From assembly GCA_035761085.1 (NCBI GenBank), contig DASTRT010000089.1, positions 1 through 25,223 of the forward strand: DNA of 25,223 nucleotides, given 5' to 3'. Both the position numbers and the translations under genes were made by a program. Position 1 is the first letter of the stretch. Each line of letters opens with the position of its first letter. Shown in pieces: positions 1-8,415 of this stretch. Source of the DNA: Methylophilaceae bacterium. Lineage in GTDB: Bacteria > Pseudomonadota > Gammaproteobacteria > Burkholderiales > Methylophilaceae. The notes under the pieces are model-generated. The model saw only the letters and a program-made list of their open reading frames with translations. It did no database searches and was not told the DNA's origin.

Positions 1-1
1 A

Positions 2-349
2 ATCAAGCTGATCGAGAACACCTTGAATGCCGGCAAGCCTGTCGCTCTCGTTTGCCATGCACCCGGCGTGCTGCGGCACGTCCGCAATCCGGATGGCAGC
101 CCTTTGGTGAAGGGCAAGAAGGTGACGGGTTTTACCAACACCGAAGAGGAAGCGGTCGGCCTGACTGATGTCGTGCCTTTCCTGGTGGAAGACGCGCTCA
201 AGAAGAACGGCGGCCAGTTCTCCAAGATGGCCGACTGGCAGCCTTATGCGATACGCGACGGCTTGTTGATTACGGGTCAGAACCCTGCTTCGTCCAAGAC
301 TGCAGCCGAAAATCTGCTCGACCTGCTCAGGGCGAAAGGGCAAGCGTAA
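2..349 (+). CDS. DJ-1/PfpI (type 1 glutamine amidotransferase-like, Hsp31/glyoxalase III-like) protein, 5' truncated by window edge
   Basis: The frame is open from base 2 (IKLIENTLNAGK...). It carries the nucleophile-elbow motif VALVCHAPGVL plus GKKVTGFTNTEE and LITGQNPASS, typical of this family. Confidence 0.9.
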   Translation: MKLIENTLNAGKPVALVCHAPGVLRHVRNPDGSPLVKGKKVTGFTNTEEEAVGLTDVVPFLVEDALKKNGGQFSKMADWQPYAIRDGLLITGQNPASSKTAAENLLDLLRAKGQA

Positions 350-363
350 CGGGGAGACCGCCT

Positions 364-636
364 TTAGTGCGGTTTGCTCGTACTGTTATCCGGGGCCGGG
401 CCGCCTTGCTGATTCGGCAGACCCTCGGCTGGGATATCCGGCGGCACGATCACGCTATCCCTATCTGCAGGGACAGGCTCTTTCGGTTTCACCCTGCGAT
501 GATAGGGCTCGCAGGGTTTTCCTGAGTTTTTCGCGGAGTCGCAGGCAGGCTTGCTGTCCTCCATGCGCTGGGGCTCGGCCTGGGCAATAGCGGGCGCAAG
601 GCCAAGTACGAGCAGTGCCAATATCAGTTTGCGCAT
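364..636 (-). CDS. Small secreted Pro-rich hypothetical protein (90 aa)
   Basis: The ATG at 636 follows GGGAG. It starts with a signal peptide (MRKLILALLVLGLAPAIAQA-E), then a Cys pair and a Pro-rich tail. The ORF-track start at 702 is probably too long. Confidence 0.7.
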   Translation of the reverse strand: MRKLILALLVLGLAPAIAQAEPQRMEDSKPACDSAKNSGKPCEPYHRRVKPKEPVPADRDSVIVPPDIPAEGLPNQQGGPAPDNSTSKPH

Positions 637-744
637 GGTTCGCTCCCTTCCGGCAGGTTGCAAATTTGCAATCAGATTATTTGAACAGAACGCCGGCCCC
701 ACAATCTGTGGTTTGCCTCACCTTGGCATGGAAGTGCGATTTAT

Positions 745-775
745 TTGTAGCTTTAATTCCCACACTCCGTATAAT
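745..775 (+). promoter_or_regulatory. Candidate sigma70 promoter for rhlE
   Basis: Perfect TATAAT at 770-775. The best -35 (TTGTAG, 745-750) has a long 19-bp spacer, so support is weak. Confidence 0.35.
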
Positions 776-908
776 GCCCCCATCCCTACACGAACCAATC
801 TGCGTAGCGGCCTCTAGAATTACTTCCCGTTTTTTTCGTCTGTCTCGATTGGTACTGCCTCAAACTCTTATTAGCAGTTGGCCGACATAACTCCACCTGG
901 AGATTATT

Positions 909-2498
909 TTGTCTATTGAAACAAGCACGACCCCTGGCTTTAACGAGCTCGGGCTGATTGAACCCTTGCTGCGCGCGATTAACGACGCCGGCTACACCAC
1001 GCCTACGCCGATTCAACAAAAGGCGATTCCACAAGTATTGAATGGCGGCGACCTCATGGCCGGCGCCCAAACCGGCACCGGCAAGACCGCTGGCTTCACG
1101 CTACCCATCCTGCAGCTCTTGAGCCAGAAGAAGGCCAATGGCTCGACCGTGGGTCGGCCGCGCTGCCTGATCCTCTCGCCGACACGTGAACTCGCAGCGC
1201 AGATCGAGGAATCAGTGCAGACCTATGGCAAATATCTGCCCCTCAAGTCCTACGTGATTTTCGGCGGCGTGAACATCAACCCGCAAACAGCGCGCTTCAA
1301 GAAGCCGCTGGATATCCTGGTGGCAACACCTGGCCGTCTGCTCGACCACGCAGGCCAGAATACGATTGATTTGTCAGGCGTTGAAATCCTGGTGCTGGAC
1401 GAAGCCGACCGCATGCTGGACATGGGCTTTATCCGCGATATCAAGAAAATTCTCGCGCTGCTGCCCAAGCAACGGCAGAACCTGCTGTTCTCGGCGACCT
1501 TCTCCGATGAGATAAAGGCGCTGGCAGATGGCCTGCTGCATAACCCGGGCTTTGTCGAGGTGGCACGCCGCAACACGGCATCCGAGCTCGTGGAGCAGAC
1601 CGTGCATCTGGTGAGCCAGAAGCAGAAGCGCGACTTCATGAGCCATCTCATTCAGCTGCATGACTGGCAGCAGGTACTGATTTTCACGCGCACCAAACAC
1701 GGCGCAAATCGCCTGGCCGAGAAGCTCGGTAAGGACGGCATCACCGCCGCCGCAATCCATGGCAACAAGAGCCAGGGCGCGCGCACCAAGGCGCTGGCGG
1801 ATTTCAAGAGCGGCTCCGTACGCGCATTGGTAGCTACCGACATCGCCGCACGCGGGCTGGATATCGACCAGTTACCGCAAGTGGTGAATTTTGAATTGCC
1901 TAACGTACCGGAAGACTACGTGCATCGCATCGGCCGTACTGGCCGTGCGGGTTCCACGGGCGCCGCGATTTCGCTGGTAGATCACGAAGAGCTCAAGCTG
2001 CTCAAGGATATCGAGCGCCTGATCAAGCGCGAACTGCCCAAGGTGACGGTGGATGGCTTCATCCCCAACGCCAATCCGGAACCGGAAGCACCGCGCCCTC
2101 CTCGCCAGCAACAACAGCGCAGGCCGCAAGGTGTCAAAGCGGAAGGTCAGCGTCAGGGACAGGGCCAACGCCAAAGGCAGGCGCAAGGGCAAGGCCAGCG
2201 CCAGAGCCAGGCAAATGGCCAAAAGCCCAATGGCCAGAAGAAGAGTGCCAACGGACAGGCACAACGTAATGGCCAGCCCGGCAATGGTGAGAATCGTAAC
2301 CAGTCGAGCAACAACCGCTCACGCAATAGCCAGGCACGCGGCCAAGGCAACCAGACTGGCAACAAGCCGGCCCAGAAGAGCAATTCAGGCAAGCCGATGT
2401 CCGAAGCTGCCCGTCATCAGGCACAGCCGCAGGAGTCTTTCCTCGCCCGAAGCCTGGGCACGCTAGGCAAGATGGCCAGAGGCAAATTCTCGTTCTGA
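909..2498 (+). CDS. rhlE: DEAD-box ATP-dependent RNA helicase RhlE with a long Q/G/N/R-rich C-terminal tail
   Basis: Q motif (TPTPIQ), [36 protein letters not shown] and [10 protein letters not shown] are all present. TTG start after GGAG. Confidence 0.93.
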   Translation: MSIETSTTPGFNELGLIEPLLRAINDAGYTTPTPIQQKAIPQVLNGGDLMAGAQTGTGKTAGFTLPILQLLSQKKANGSTVGRPRCLILSPTRELAAQIEESVQTYGKYLPLKSYVIFGGVNINPQTARFKKPLDILVATPGRLLDHAGQNTIDLSGVEILVLDEADRMLDMGFIRDIKKILALLPKQRQNLLFSATFSDEIKALADGLLHNPGFVEVARRNTASELVEQTVHLVSQKQKRDFMSHLIQLHDWQQVLIFTRTKHGANRLAEKLGKDGITAAAIHGNKSQGARTKALADFKSGSVRALVATDIAARGLDIDQLPQVVNFELPNVPEDYVHRIGRTGRAGSTGAAISLVDHEELKLLKDIERLIKRELPKVTVDGFIPNANPEPEAPRPPRQQQQRRPQGVKAEGQRQGQGQRQRQAQGQGQRQSQANGQKPNGQKKSANGQAQRNGQPGNGENRNQSSNNRSRNSQARGQGNQTGNKPAQKSNSGKPMSEAARHQAQPQESFLARSLGTLGKMARGKFSF

Positions 2499-2551
2499 GC
2501 AATACAAACCGTTCTTCGCACTCGCCGGAGAGCGGCTTTATCAGTCAGCTT

Positions 2552-2628
2552 AGTTATACTAAGAATACAATTGCCTTAGTATAACTTGCTTGGTTATACT
2601 AAATTTATAAATATTTTAGTATAACCAA
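2552..2628. repeat. Two tandem palindromes, GTTATACTAA-N13-TTAGTATAAC, with 40-bp period; probable operator
   Basis: Unit 1: AGTTATACTAAG (2552-2563) / CTTAGTATAACT (2575-2586), a perfect 12-bp inverted repeat. Unit 2: TTGGTTATACTAAA (2590-2603) / TTTAGTATAACCAA (2615-2628), a perfect 14-bp inverted repeat. Both have 11-nt spacers that differ in sequence. The confidence refers to the repeat; the operator role is inferred. Confidence 0.9.
2571..2600 (+). promoter_or_regulatory. Candidate sigma70 promoter embedded in the tandem palindromes
   Basis: TTGCCT (2571-2576), 18 bp, TATACT (2595-2600), in an AT-rich stretch 28 bp before the ATG at 2629. Confidence 0.5.
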
Positions 2629-3681
2629 ATGGAAATGGAACCCTTCTTTACTGAGCTGACTTCTACCGCGCAGACCTCCTACGCGCAGTTGGTGGATGCT
2701 GCGCTTGTTGCAGAGCACATGCGATCAGTAGCTGATTTGTCAGGCTCTTTTTCCCATAAAATCGTGAAAGGCCGCAAATACTGGTATTACCAATATAGCG
2801 AGCCTTCCGGCAAGCTGAAGCAGGTATTTGTGGGACCGGATAATGAAGCGGTACGAGGTCTGATGGCACTCAAGAATAAGCCTCCCGTGACCAGGAATCT
2901 GGCTCCCTTGGCTGCCTCTGCAGTGGCATTGGGTTGCGCTGATATCCTGCCGCGTCATTTGCGCGTGATCCTGCGGCTCTCTGAATACGGGTTTTTTCGT
3001 GCCGGCGGAGTGCTTATTGGCACACATGCTTTTCTCGCTTACGGCAATATGCTTGGCGTCCGCTGGGGCGAATCCTCGCGTACCCAAGATATTGATTTCG
3101 CCCATTCCGGCAAAAGTGTTGCACTAGCCCTGCCTTCAAATATAGAAGTCCAGACGCGGGATGCGATTGAATCACTGCAGATGGGTTTTTTGCCCGTTTC
3201 TGGCTTATCGAACAGGGGTGGCGCAAGCTATCTAATTCCACAGGATCCCGGTTTTCGGCTGGATTTCCTTACCACCCTGCATCGAGGCGGAGAGGAACCT
3301 TATGAACATCCCCTGCTGCACGTGACATTGCAGCCGCTCAAATTCATGGAGTATTCACTGGTGGATGTGCAGCAAGCGGTGCTATTCAATCGGGATGGTG
3401 CGGTAATGGTCAATATCCCCCATCCCGCGCGCTTCGCCCTGCACAAGCTGATCGTATTTGGTGAACGCACTGGATCCTTCGCCGCCAAAACGAACAAGGA
3501 CCTGTTGCAGGCTGCATCATTACTTGCCTTTTACAAGCAGAATCGCCCATGGGAGATGGAGGCAGCGCTAGAAGATTTGACCCGGCGGGGCAAAGGCTGG
3601 GTGAGCCGGCTGGAGCGCGGCCTCAACGCTTTGGCGCAAAATTACCCGGAACTTTCCATCAAAGAGTGGCTTCAGGCATGA
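2629..3681 (+). CDS. GSU2403-family nucleotidyltransferase-fold protein (NTP_transf_8-like)
   Basis: N-terminal [17 protein letters not shown]...KQVFVGPD module, Pol-beta-type signature VLIGTHAF...RTQDIDF, and C-terminal [11 protein letters not shown]...KDLLQA. The family was recognised from motifs, not from a search. Confidence 0.8.
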   Translation: MEMEPFFTELTSTAQTSYAQLVDAALVAEHMRSVADLSGSFSHKIVKGRKYWYYQYSEPSGKLKQVFVGPDNEAVRGLMALKNKPPVTRNLAPLAASAVALGCADILPRHLRVILRLSEYGFFRAGGVLIGTHAFLAYGNMLGVRWGESSRTQDIDFAHSGKSVALALPSNIEVQTRDAIESLQMGFLPVSGLSNRGGASYLIPQDPGFRLDFLTTLHRGGEEPYEHPLLHVTLQPLKFMEYSLVDVQQAVLFNRDGAVMVNIPHPARFALHKLIVFGERTGSFAAKTNKDLLQAASLLAFYKQNRPWEMEAALEDLTRRGKGWVSRLERGLNALAQNYPELSIKEWLQA

Positions 3682-4139
3682 ATCAGAATATTCGCATTTG
3701 GGTCGACGCCGACGCCTGCCCCGTAGTCATTAAAGAAATCCTTTTTCGCGCGGCGGAGCGAACGAAAATCGAAACCATCCTGGTCGCCAACAAGATGCTG
3801 CGCGTGCCGCCCTCGCCTTACATCCGCGCCAGGCAGGTACCCGGCGGTTTCGACGTGGCGGATAACGAGATCGTGCTTAAAACCGAACCCGGCGATCTCG
3901 TGATTACTGCAGACATTCCACTTGCGGCGCAGATCGTCGAAAAAGGCGCACATGCCCTGAATCCTCGTGGCGAGATGTACACCCCGCACAACATCAAGGA
4001 ACGGCTGGCGATGCGCAATTTCATGGAGGGGCTTCGCAGCAGCGGCGTGGAGTCAGGCGGGCCGAATGCCATGAACAACAGCGACCGGCAGGCCTTTGCC
4101 GCGGCGCTGGATAAATTCCTGGCTGGCCAGATTCGCTAG
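3678..4139 (+). CDS. yaiI: YaiI/YqxD (UPF0178) family protein
   Basis: [28 protein letters not shown] and ALNPRGE motifs. The start at 3678 overlaps the upstream stop (ATGA); the ORF-track start at 3549 is too long. Confidence 0.9.
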   Translation: MNQNIRIWVDADACPVVIKEILFRAAERTKIETILVANKMLRVPPSPYIRARQVPGGFDVADNEIVLKTEPGDLVITADIPLAAQIVEKGAHALNPRGEMYTPHNIKERLAMRNFMEGLRSSGVESGGPNAMNNSDRQAFAAALDKFLAGQIR

Positions 4140-4239
4140 GTCGGTTGAAGTTACGAATTTCCGGAACAGTACTCCCCGGCTTGAGGTAAAGTCTCCCTGA
4201 GCTGTCGCCTGACGACAGTCACTGTCATAGGAGCCAAGC

Positions 4240-4638
4240 ATGACGATAGTTCCGATGTACGCAGCCTTACTGGCCCTGCTCTTCCTGCTGTTGAGCAAGC
4301 GGGTCATCAACACACGGCGCAAGGTTCGGGTCGCAGTGGGCGACGGCGGCAACGCCGAGCTCACCCGCGCCATCGCCGTGCACAACAACTTCGCTCAATA
4401 CGTGCCGCTGGCCTTGCTGCTGCTGGCCTTCATGGAACTGCAGCGCGCGCAGCCGATGCTGCTGCATGTGCTGGGAATCATCCTGCTGCTGGCGCGGGTC
4501 ATCCACGCTTACGGCGTGAGCCAGATGCAGGAGCCATTCCGTCTGCGTACAGTGGCCGTGGGAATGACTTTCGGTGTCATTGCCACAGCGTCCGCCTACC
4601 TGCTGCTAGGAGCAATGCTGCGTTCGTATTACAGCTAA
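4240..4638 (+). CDS. MAPEG family membrane protein
   Basis: AGGAG RBS, hydrophobic helices, VGDGGN...RAIAVHNNFAQYVP and ARVIHAYG motifs. Confidence 0.88.
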   Translation: MTIVPMYAALLALLFLLLSKRVINTRRKVRVAVGDGGNAELTRAIAVHNNFAQYVPLALLLLAFMELQRAQPMLLHVLGIILLLARVIHAYGVSQMQEPFRLRTVAVGMTFGVIATASAYLLLGAMLRSYYS

Positions 4639-4713
4639 TTGCGCCATCGCACAAAGACCAGCTGCATCAAGGCGTAGCATTCTCCTACAGCCAGCGCATT
4701 CAAAGGAGGCATC

Positions 4714-5199
4714 ATGCATCTCGAAGGCTCATGCCATTGCGGCGCCGTCCATTTCAGCCTGGAAAGCCACACGCCCTACCCCTACCAGCGCTGCTACTGC
4801 TCGATCTGCCGCAAGACCCAGGGTGGCGGCGGTTACGCCATCAATATCGGCGGCGACGCGAACAGCATGCAGGTGCAAGGCCGCGAGCACATCACGATCT
4901 ACCACGCCAAGATCAGAAACCCAGGCCAGCCGGAGGAAATCAGCACCGCAGAGCGGCATTTCTGCAAGCACTGCGGCAGCGCGCTGTGGCTTTTCAGCCC
5001 GGAATGGCCTGAGCTAATCCATCCTTTCGCTTCGGCCATCGATACGCCGCTCCCGACGCCGCCGGAACACACGCACCTGATGCTGGAATTCAAGGCACCA
5101 TGGGTGGAAGTGCAGAAAGGTCCGCGCGACAAGCTGTTCGACATCTATCCCGAAGAATCGCTGGCCGACTGGCACGACCGGCTGCACCTCACTCGCTAA
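4714..5199 (+). CDS. GFA/CENP-V family zinc protein (glutathione-dependent formaldehyde-activating enzyme-like)
   Basis: GGAGG RBS; zinc ligand motifs GSCHCGAV, CYCSICRK and RHFCKHCGS. Confidence 0.88.
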   Translation: MHLEGSCHCGAVHFSLESHTPYPYQRCYCSICRKTQGGGGYAINIGGDANSMQVQGREHITIYHAKIRNPGQPEEISTAERHFCKHCGSALWLFSPEWPELIHPFASAIDTPLPTPPEHTHLMLEFKAPWVEVQKGPRDKLFDIYPEESLADWHDRLHLTR

Positions 5200-5283
5200 C
5201 GATGGCAAAAGGGTGATTAATGGCCCTTATGTCACTAGCCCCACAGAAGGGGTGCCTGTGCATTCCTTACCCTGAAAGTTCTT

Positions 5284-5316
5284 AACCCCTTGTCCGGTTG
5301 GGCTGGACAGGGGCTT
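5284..5316. other. GC-rich stem-loop between the GFA and GlcG genes (terminator or 5' leader structure)
   Basis: CCCC-T-TGTCC (5286-5295) pairs with GGACA-GGGG (5305-5313). There is no clear U-tract on +, so the function is uncertain. Confidence 0.35.
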
Positions 5317-5343
5317 CAGCATATTCGAAAGGAGTGACACCAA

Positions 5344-5778
5344 ATGCATGTCAATTATGAACAGGCCGAACGCATCATCGACGCCGCAATTGCCCACGCC
5401 AAGCAGATCGGCGTGGCCGACTGTATTGCCGTCGTGGACTCGGGCGGCAATCTCAAGGCTTTCCGCCGCATGGACAATGCCTGGGTAGGCAGCATAGACG
5501 TGGCCATCAAGAAGGCCAAGACGTCCTGCTATTTCGCCATGCCGACCGGCCAGCTCGGCAAGTTATCGCAGCCCGGCAAGCCGCTTTACAGCATCGAGCA
5601 TTCCAACGAAGGGCTGATCACTTTCCCCGGCGGTGTGCCCATCGTGGACCAGAACGGTGAGCTGATCGGCGCGATCGGCGTGAGCGGCGACACCGTGGAT
5701 AACGACCATGAGGTGGCGGAGGCCGGCGTAAAGGCCGTGGGCGTGACCGATCTGCCCAAGCACCCGTGGCGCACATAG
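5344..5778 (+). CDS. GlcG/HbpS family heme-binding protein (DUF336)
   Basis: AAGGAG RBS; [15 protein letters not shown]...AIKKAKT and FPGGVPI...IGAIGVSG...DHEVA motifs. Confidence 0.9.
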   Translation: MHVNYEQAERIIDAAIAHAKQIGVADCIAVVDSGGNLKAFRRMDNAWVGSIDVAIKKAKTSCYFAMPTGQLGKLSQPGKPLYSIEHSNEGLITFPGGVPIVDQNGELIGAIGVSGDTVDNDHEVAEAGVKAVGVTDLPKHPWRT

Positions 5779-5835
5779 CGAGATTCATGATTTTCGCTAT
5801 TGCCTGGCAATCCCGGGCCTAATACATTAGGCCCG

Positions 5836-6369
5836 ATGATGATGAAGCTTGTATTCCTGCTGTTAACCGCCAGCCTGCTGGCATCCTGCAAACAACTGCC
5901 CGATGGTATTGAGGCGGTCGACCATGTGGACCCGGCCAAGTATGTGGGCACATGGTATGAGATCGTGCGGCTGGACCATGATTTCGAACATGGGCTGCAG
6001 AAGGTCAGCGCGACCTACACCAAGCGCAAGGATGGCGGGCTGGATGTGCTTAACCGCGGCCAGGACCCGAAGACCGGGGAGTGGAAGGAAGCGCATGGCA
6101 AGGCCTATTTCGTCGAGCCGCCGAATGCCGACGGCACCTATCCAGGCAAGCTCGAAGTGTCGTTCTTCGGGCCTTTCTACGCAGCCTACAACATCATTGC
6201 GCTGGACAAGCCCTACTACAACTACGTCATGCTGACCGGCTCGGATCGCTCGTACTTCTGGATCCTGTCGCGCACGCCGCAATTGCCCTACCCGATCAAG
6301 GCCCAGCTGCTGGCCAAGGCGAAGGAACTGGGCTTCGACACCAACAAGTTCATCTACGTGGAACAGTAG
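5836..6369 (+). CDS. blc: Outer-membrane lipoprotein lipocalin Blc
   Basis: Lipobox LLAS-C after a hydrophobic stretch; lipocalin motifs YVGTWYEIVRLD, LEVSFFGPFY and YFWILSRTP. The start is one of the ATGs at 5836-5842. Confidence 0.9.
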   Translation: MMMKLVFLLLTASLLASCKQLPDGIEAVDHVDPAKYVGTWYEIVRLDHDFEHGLQKVSATYTKRKDGGLDVLNRGQDPKTGEWKEAHGKAYFVEPPNADGTYPGKLEVSFFGPFYAAYNIIALDKPYYNYVMLTGSDRSYFWILSRTPQLPYPIKAQLLAKAKELGFDTNKFIYVEQ

Positions 6370-6463
6370 TAATCGGATGCACAATAGCAACGGCGCGGGA
6401 TTCCGCGCTGTTATGTTCGCTGCAACACGGACTTTCGGCGGCGCCGGCCCTAGATTTACCCGC

Positions 6464-6817
6464 ATGGAGTATCCTTCGACCAGCGACCCCGGACTGCAGA
6501 CCTGCATCGACATTACGACGCGCTGCCATCAGATGTGCCTGCAGACGGCCCTCAACCATTGCCTGGAACAGGGCGACAAATACGTCGAACCCGAGCATTT
6601 CAGGCTCATGATCAACTGCTCCGAGATCTGCCAGGCCTGCACCAACTTCCTGCTGGGCGCTTCCACCTTCACTGAGGAAATCTGCACCGTGTGCGCAGAC
6701 ATCTGCGAAGCCTGCGCCATGAGCTGCGAGATGGTCGGCGACATGGAAGATTGCGTACGCATCTGCCGCGAATGCTCGGTAAGCTGCCGCAACATTGCCC
6801 AGGCGGCCGACGCCTGA
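6464..6817 (+). CDS. Four-helix-bundle copper storage protein (Csp3/DUF326-like), cytosolic
   Basis: 16 Cys in 117 aa in CxxC/CxxxC repeats, with no Tat signal. The likely start is the ATG at 6464 rather than 6377. Confidence 0.85.
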   Translation: MEYPSTSDPGLQTCIDITTRCHQMCLQTALNHCLEQGDKYVEPEHFRLMINCSEICQACTNFLLGASTFTEEICTVCADICEACAMSCEMVGDMEDCVRICRECSVSCRNIAQAADA

Positions 6818-6843
6818 GCCTTTTCCATTTCTATTTCAGATAA

Positions 6844-7350
6844 TCAGTTGAGCGTGATCTTGCCGTGGGCGCTGGGGCCCCTCTGAGGCGGGTGACCGGT
6901 GACCATGGCCTTGGCCAGCTTGAAGAGCTGCAGCATCTTGTTGGCATCGGTATCCCAGTATTCAGCAGCGTGGATATTCACCTTGATGAGCGACAGGTGC
7001 GGGTCATCCTCGCCATCAGGAAACCAGGCGCCGACGAGCGGCGACCACATCTCCTTGATCTTCTGGTGATCCTTGACTTCCTCGGCACGGCCGCTGACCG
7101 AGACATAGAGGTTTTCGTCGTGACGCACGAAGCTGATGTTGACTTCGGGATTCAGGGAAATATTGTGGGCAATGGCGGATTGATCGGAGGCAAAAAACCA
7201 CAGTACGCCGTCGCGGTCGATCTGCTGGTTGGTCATGGGGTGACTGATCAGGTGCCCATGTTCATCCTGGGTGGTGAACATGCCGATATGGGCGCGCTGG
7301 ATCTTGGGCCAAAGGACGGAAGGATTTTCCTGGGTGGCAGTCGGGGGCAT
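6844..7350 (-). CDS. Pyridoxamine 5'-phosphate oxidase-like general stress protein (YdaG/GSP26-like)
   Basis: GMFTT...SHPMT...LWFF, YVSVSG, WSPLVGAWFPDGEDDP and AEYWD motifs. GGAG RBS before the ATG at 7350. Confidence 0.87.
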   Translation of the reverse strand: MPPTATQENPSVLWPKIQRAHIGMFTTQDEHGHLISHPMTNQQIDRDGVLWFFASDQSAIAHNISLNPEVNISFVRHDENLYVSVSGRAEEVKDHQKIKEMWSPLVGAWFPDGEDDPHLSLIKVNIHAAEYWDTDANKMLQLFKLAKAMVTGHPPQRGPSAHGKITLN

Positions 7351-7417
7351 TGATGTCTCCAAGCTTCAAATCAAAACAACCATTTCACTGCGGCCAGGCC
7401 AACCCTTCCGTTATGCA

Positions 7418-8167
7418 TTACACAGTAGCGGCGGCTTTTTTCTTGCGCAGGCGGCTACCCAGACCAGCAATGCCGACCATCATCATGGCCATGGTGGTTG
7501 GTTCAGGAACCGGTGCGGCAAGATGCGCAGTGCTACTGGCCAGTGTGACATTGGCCTGGCCAAGCACATCGACGTAGAGCGCGTCAGTGGTGATCGCGCA
7601 GTCGAAGCTCGAGCAGGCGGAAGTCTGGCGATTGGCGATGACTTCAATGCCTGCCAGATTCAGCAGGGTCTGGTTGGGAGCGCCGGTGATCGTGATGCCA
7701 TTCAAGCCGGACAGCAGCCCGAAACCTGTCAGATTGACGATGGAAGAATTGCCCGTTGCGGAAAAGCTGCCCGCATCGCCAGTGACACTCGAGTTGGAAG
7801 AAATGACGTCAAACGACAGGCCCATCAGGTGGTTCAGCGCAAAGTCGACGTCCAGGATGGAGGCTGAGGAAGAGGCTTCCTTCGGGCCAGGGCTGCCATC
7901 CACGTTGCTGAATGCGCTGCTGTTAAGTGCCCCGACATGCAAGGGGCCCGCTGAGACATCCAGGATGGAGTCGGAATCGGAGCCGCTGCCGCTGACGGAT
8001 GAATAAGGCAGAGGCCCGATGACAGGTGAGCCCAGGATATCGCCCTGGACCGCATAGGCGCTGGCATCGCCCTGGGTTACGGTAGCGTTGGCGGGCAATG
8101 CAGTACCCAGGCCTAGCGTCAGTGCGACGCCGGAAAGGCCGTAGAGGAAAGTTCTTAACTTCTTCAT
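7418..8167 (-). CDS. PEP-CTERM sorting-domain exoprotein (Ser/Gly-rich body, possibly choice-of-anchor P-like)
   Basis: Signal peptide ending PANA; C-terminal VPEP, a hydrophobic helix and a basic tail RLRKKK. GGGAG RBS. Confidence 0.9.
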   Translation of the reverse strand: MKKLRTFLYGLSGVALTLGLGTALPANATVTQGDASAYAVQGDILGSPVIGPLPYSSVSGSGSDSDSILDVSAGPLHVGALNSSAFSNVDGSPGPKEASSSASILDVDFALNHLMGLSFDVISSNSSVTGDAGSFSATGNSSIVNLTGFGLLSGLNGITITGAPNQTLLNLAGIEVIANRQTSACSSFDCAITTDALYVDVLGQANVTLASSTAHLAAPVPEPTTMAMMMVGIAGLGSRLRKKKAAATV

Positions 8168-8415
8168 TGAATTTCTCCCATCAGAATGTGGAAAAGGAAA
8201 GGATTTACAGTCGGGACAGAGTGCCCCAAACCCAATCTACTTAAACTCAACGCGTCCTTATGTGCGCTTCCCCACTCAGGAGGAAACAATCCCAATCAGA
8301 ACATTTCGGCCAGACTCATGCTCTGCCGACCTGCACGAAGGCCATCTGGAGCGCATCAGCGATGAGCTCCCTCCGGCCTCGAACATGTAAACTATCCAAA
8401 AAGCTGGAGCTGAAA

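Noticed and set aside
2574-2604. Xer dif/pdif site (TTATACTAAAT matches the XerD arm TTATGTTAAAT at 9/11)
   Set aside because: The central region between ATAA and TTAT is 9 bp, versus 6 in dif/psi and 8 in cer, and four symmetric half-sites fit an operator better. A recombination-site origin is not fully excluded.
2552-2628. Mini-CRISPR array
   Set aside because: Only two units, separated by 7 bp rather than a spacer-length sequence. The variable part is inside each palindrome, and there are no cas genes.
3549-3677. ORF-track N-terminal extensions (yaiI 3549; also 702, 5800, 6377, 7362, 8260, 14026, 21675)
   Set aside because: Downstream ATGs match the family N-termini, RBS positions or stop-start coupling better.
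4202-4228. Pho box before the MAPEG gene (CTGTCAT at 4222-4228) and small alternative hairpins
   Set aside because: Only one half-site, with no partner at 11 bp. The stems are 5-6 bp and could be chance.
8168-8415. Sigma54 promoter for the PEP-CTERM gene
   Set aside because: GGCAC is present on the minus strand but has no correctly spaced -12 TGC.
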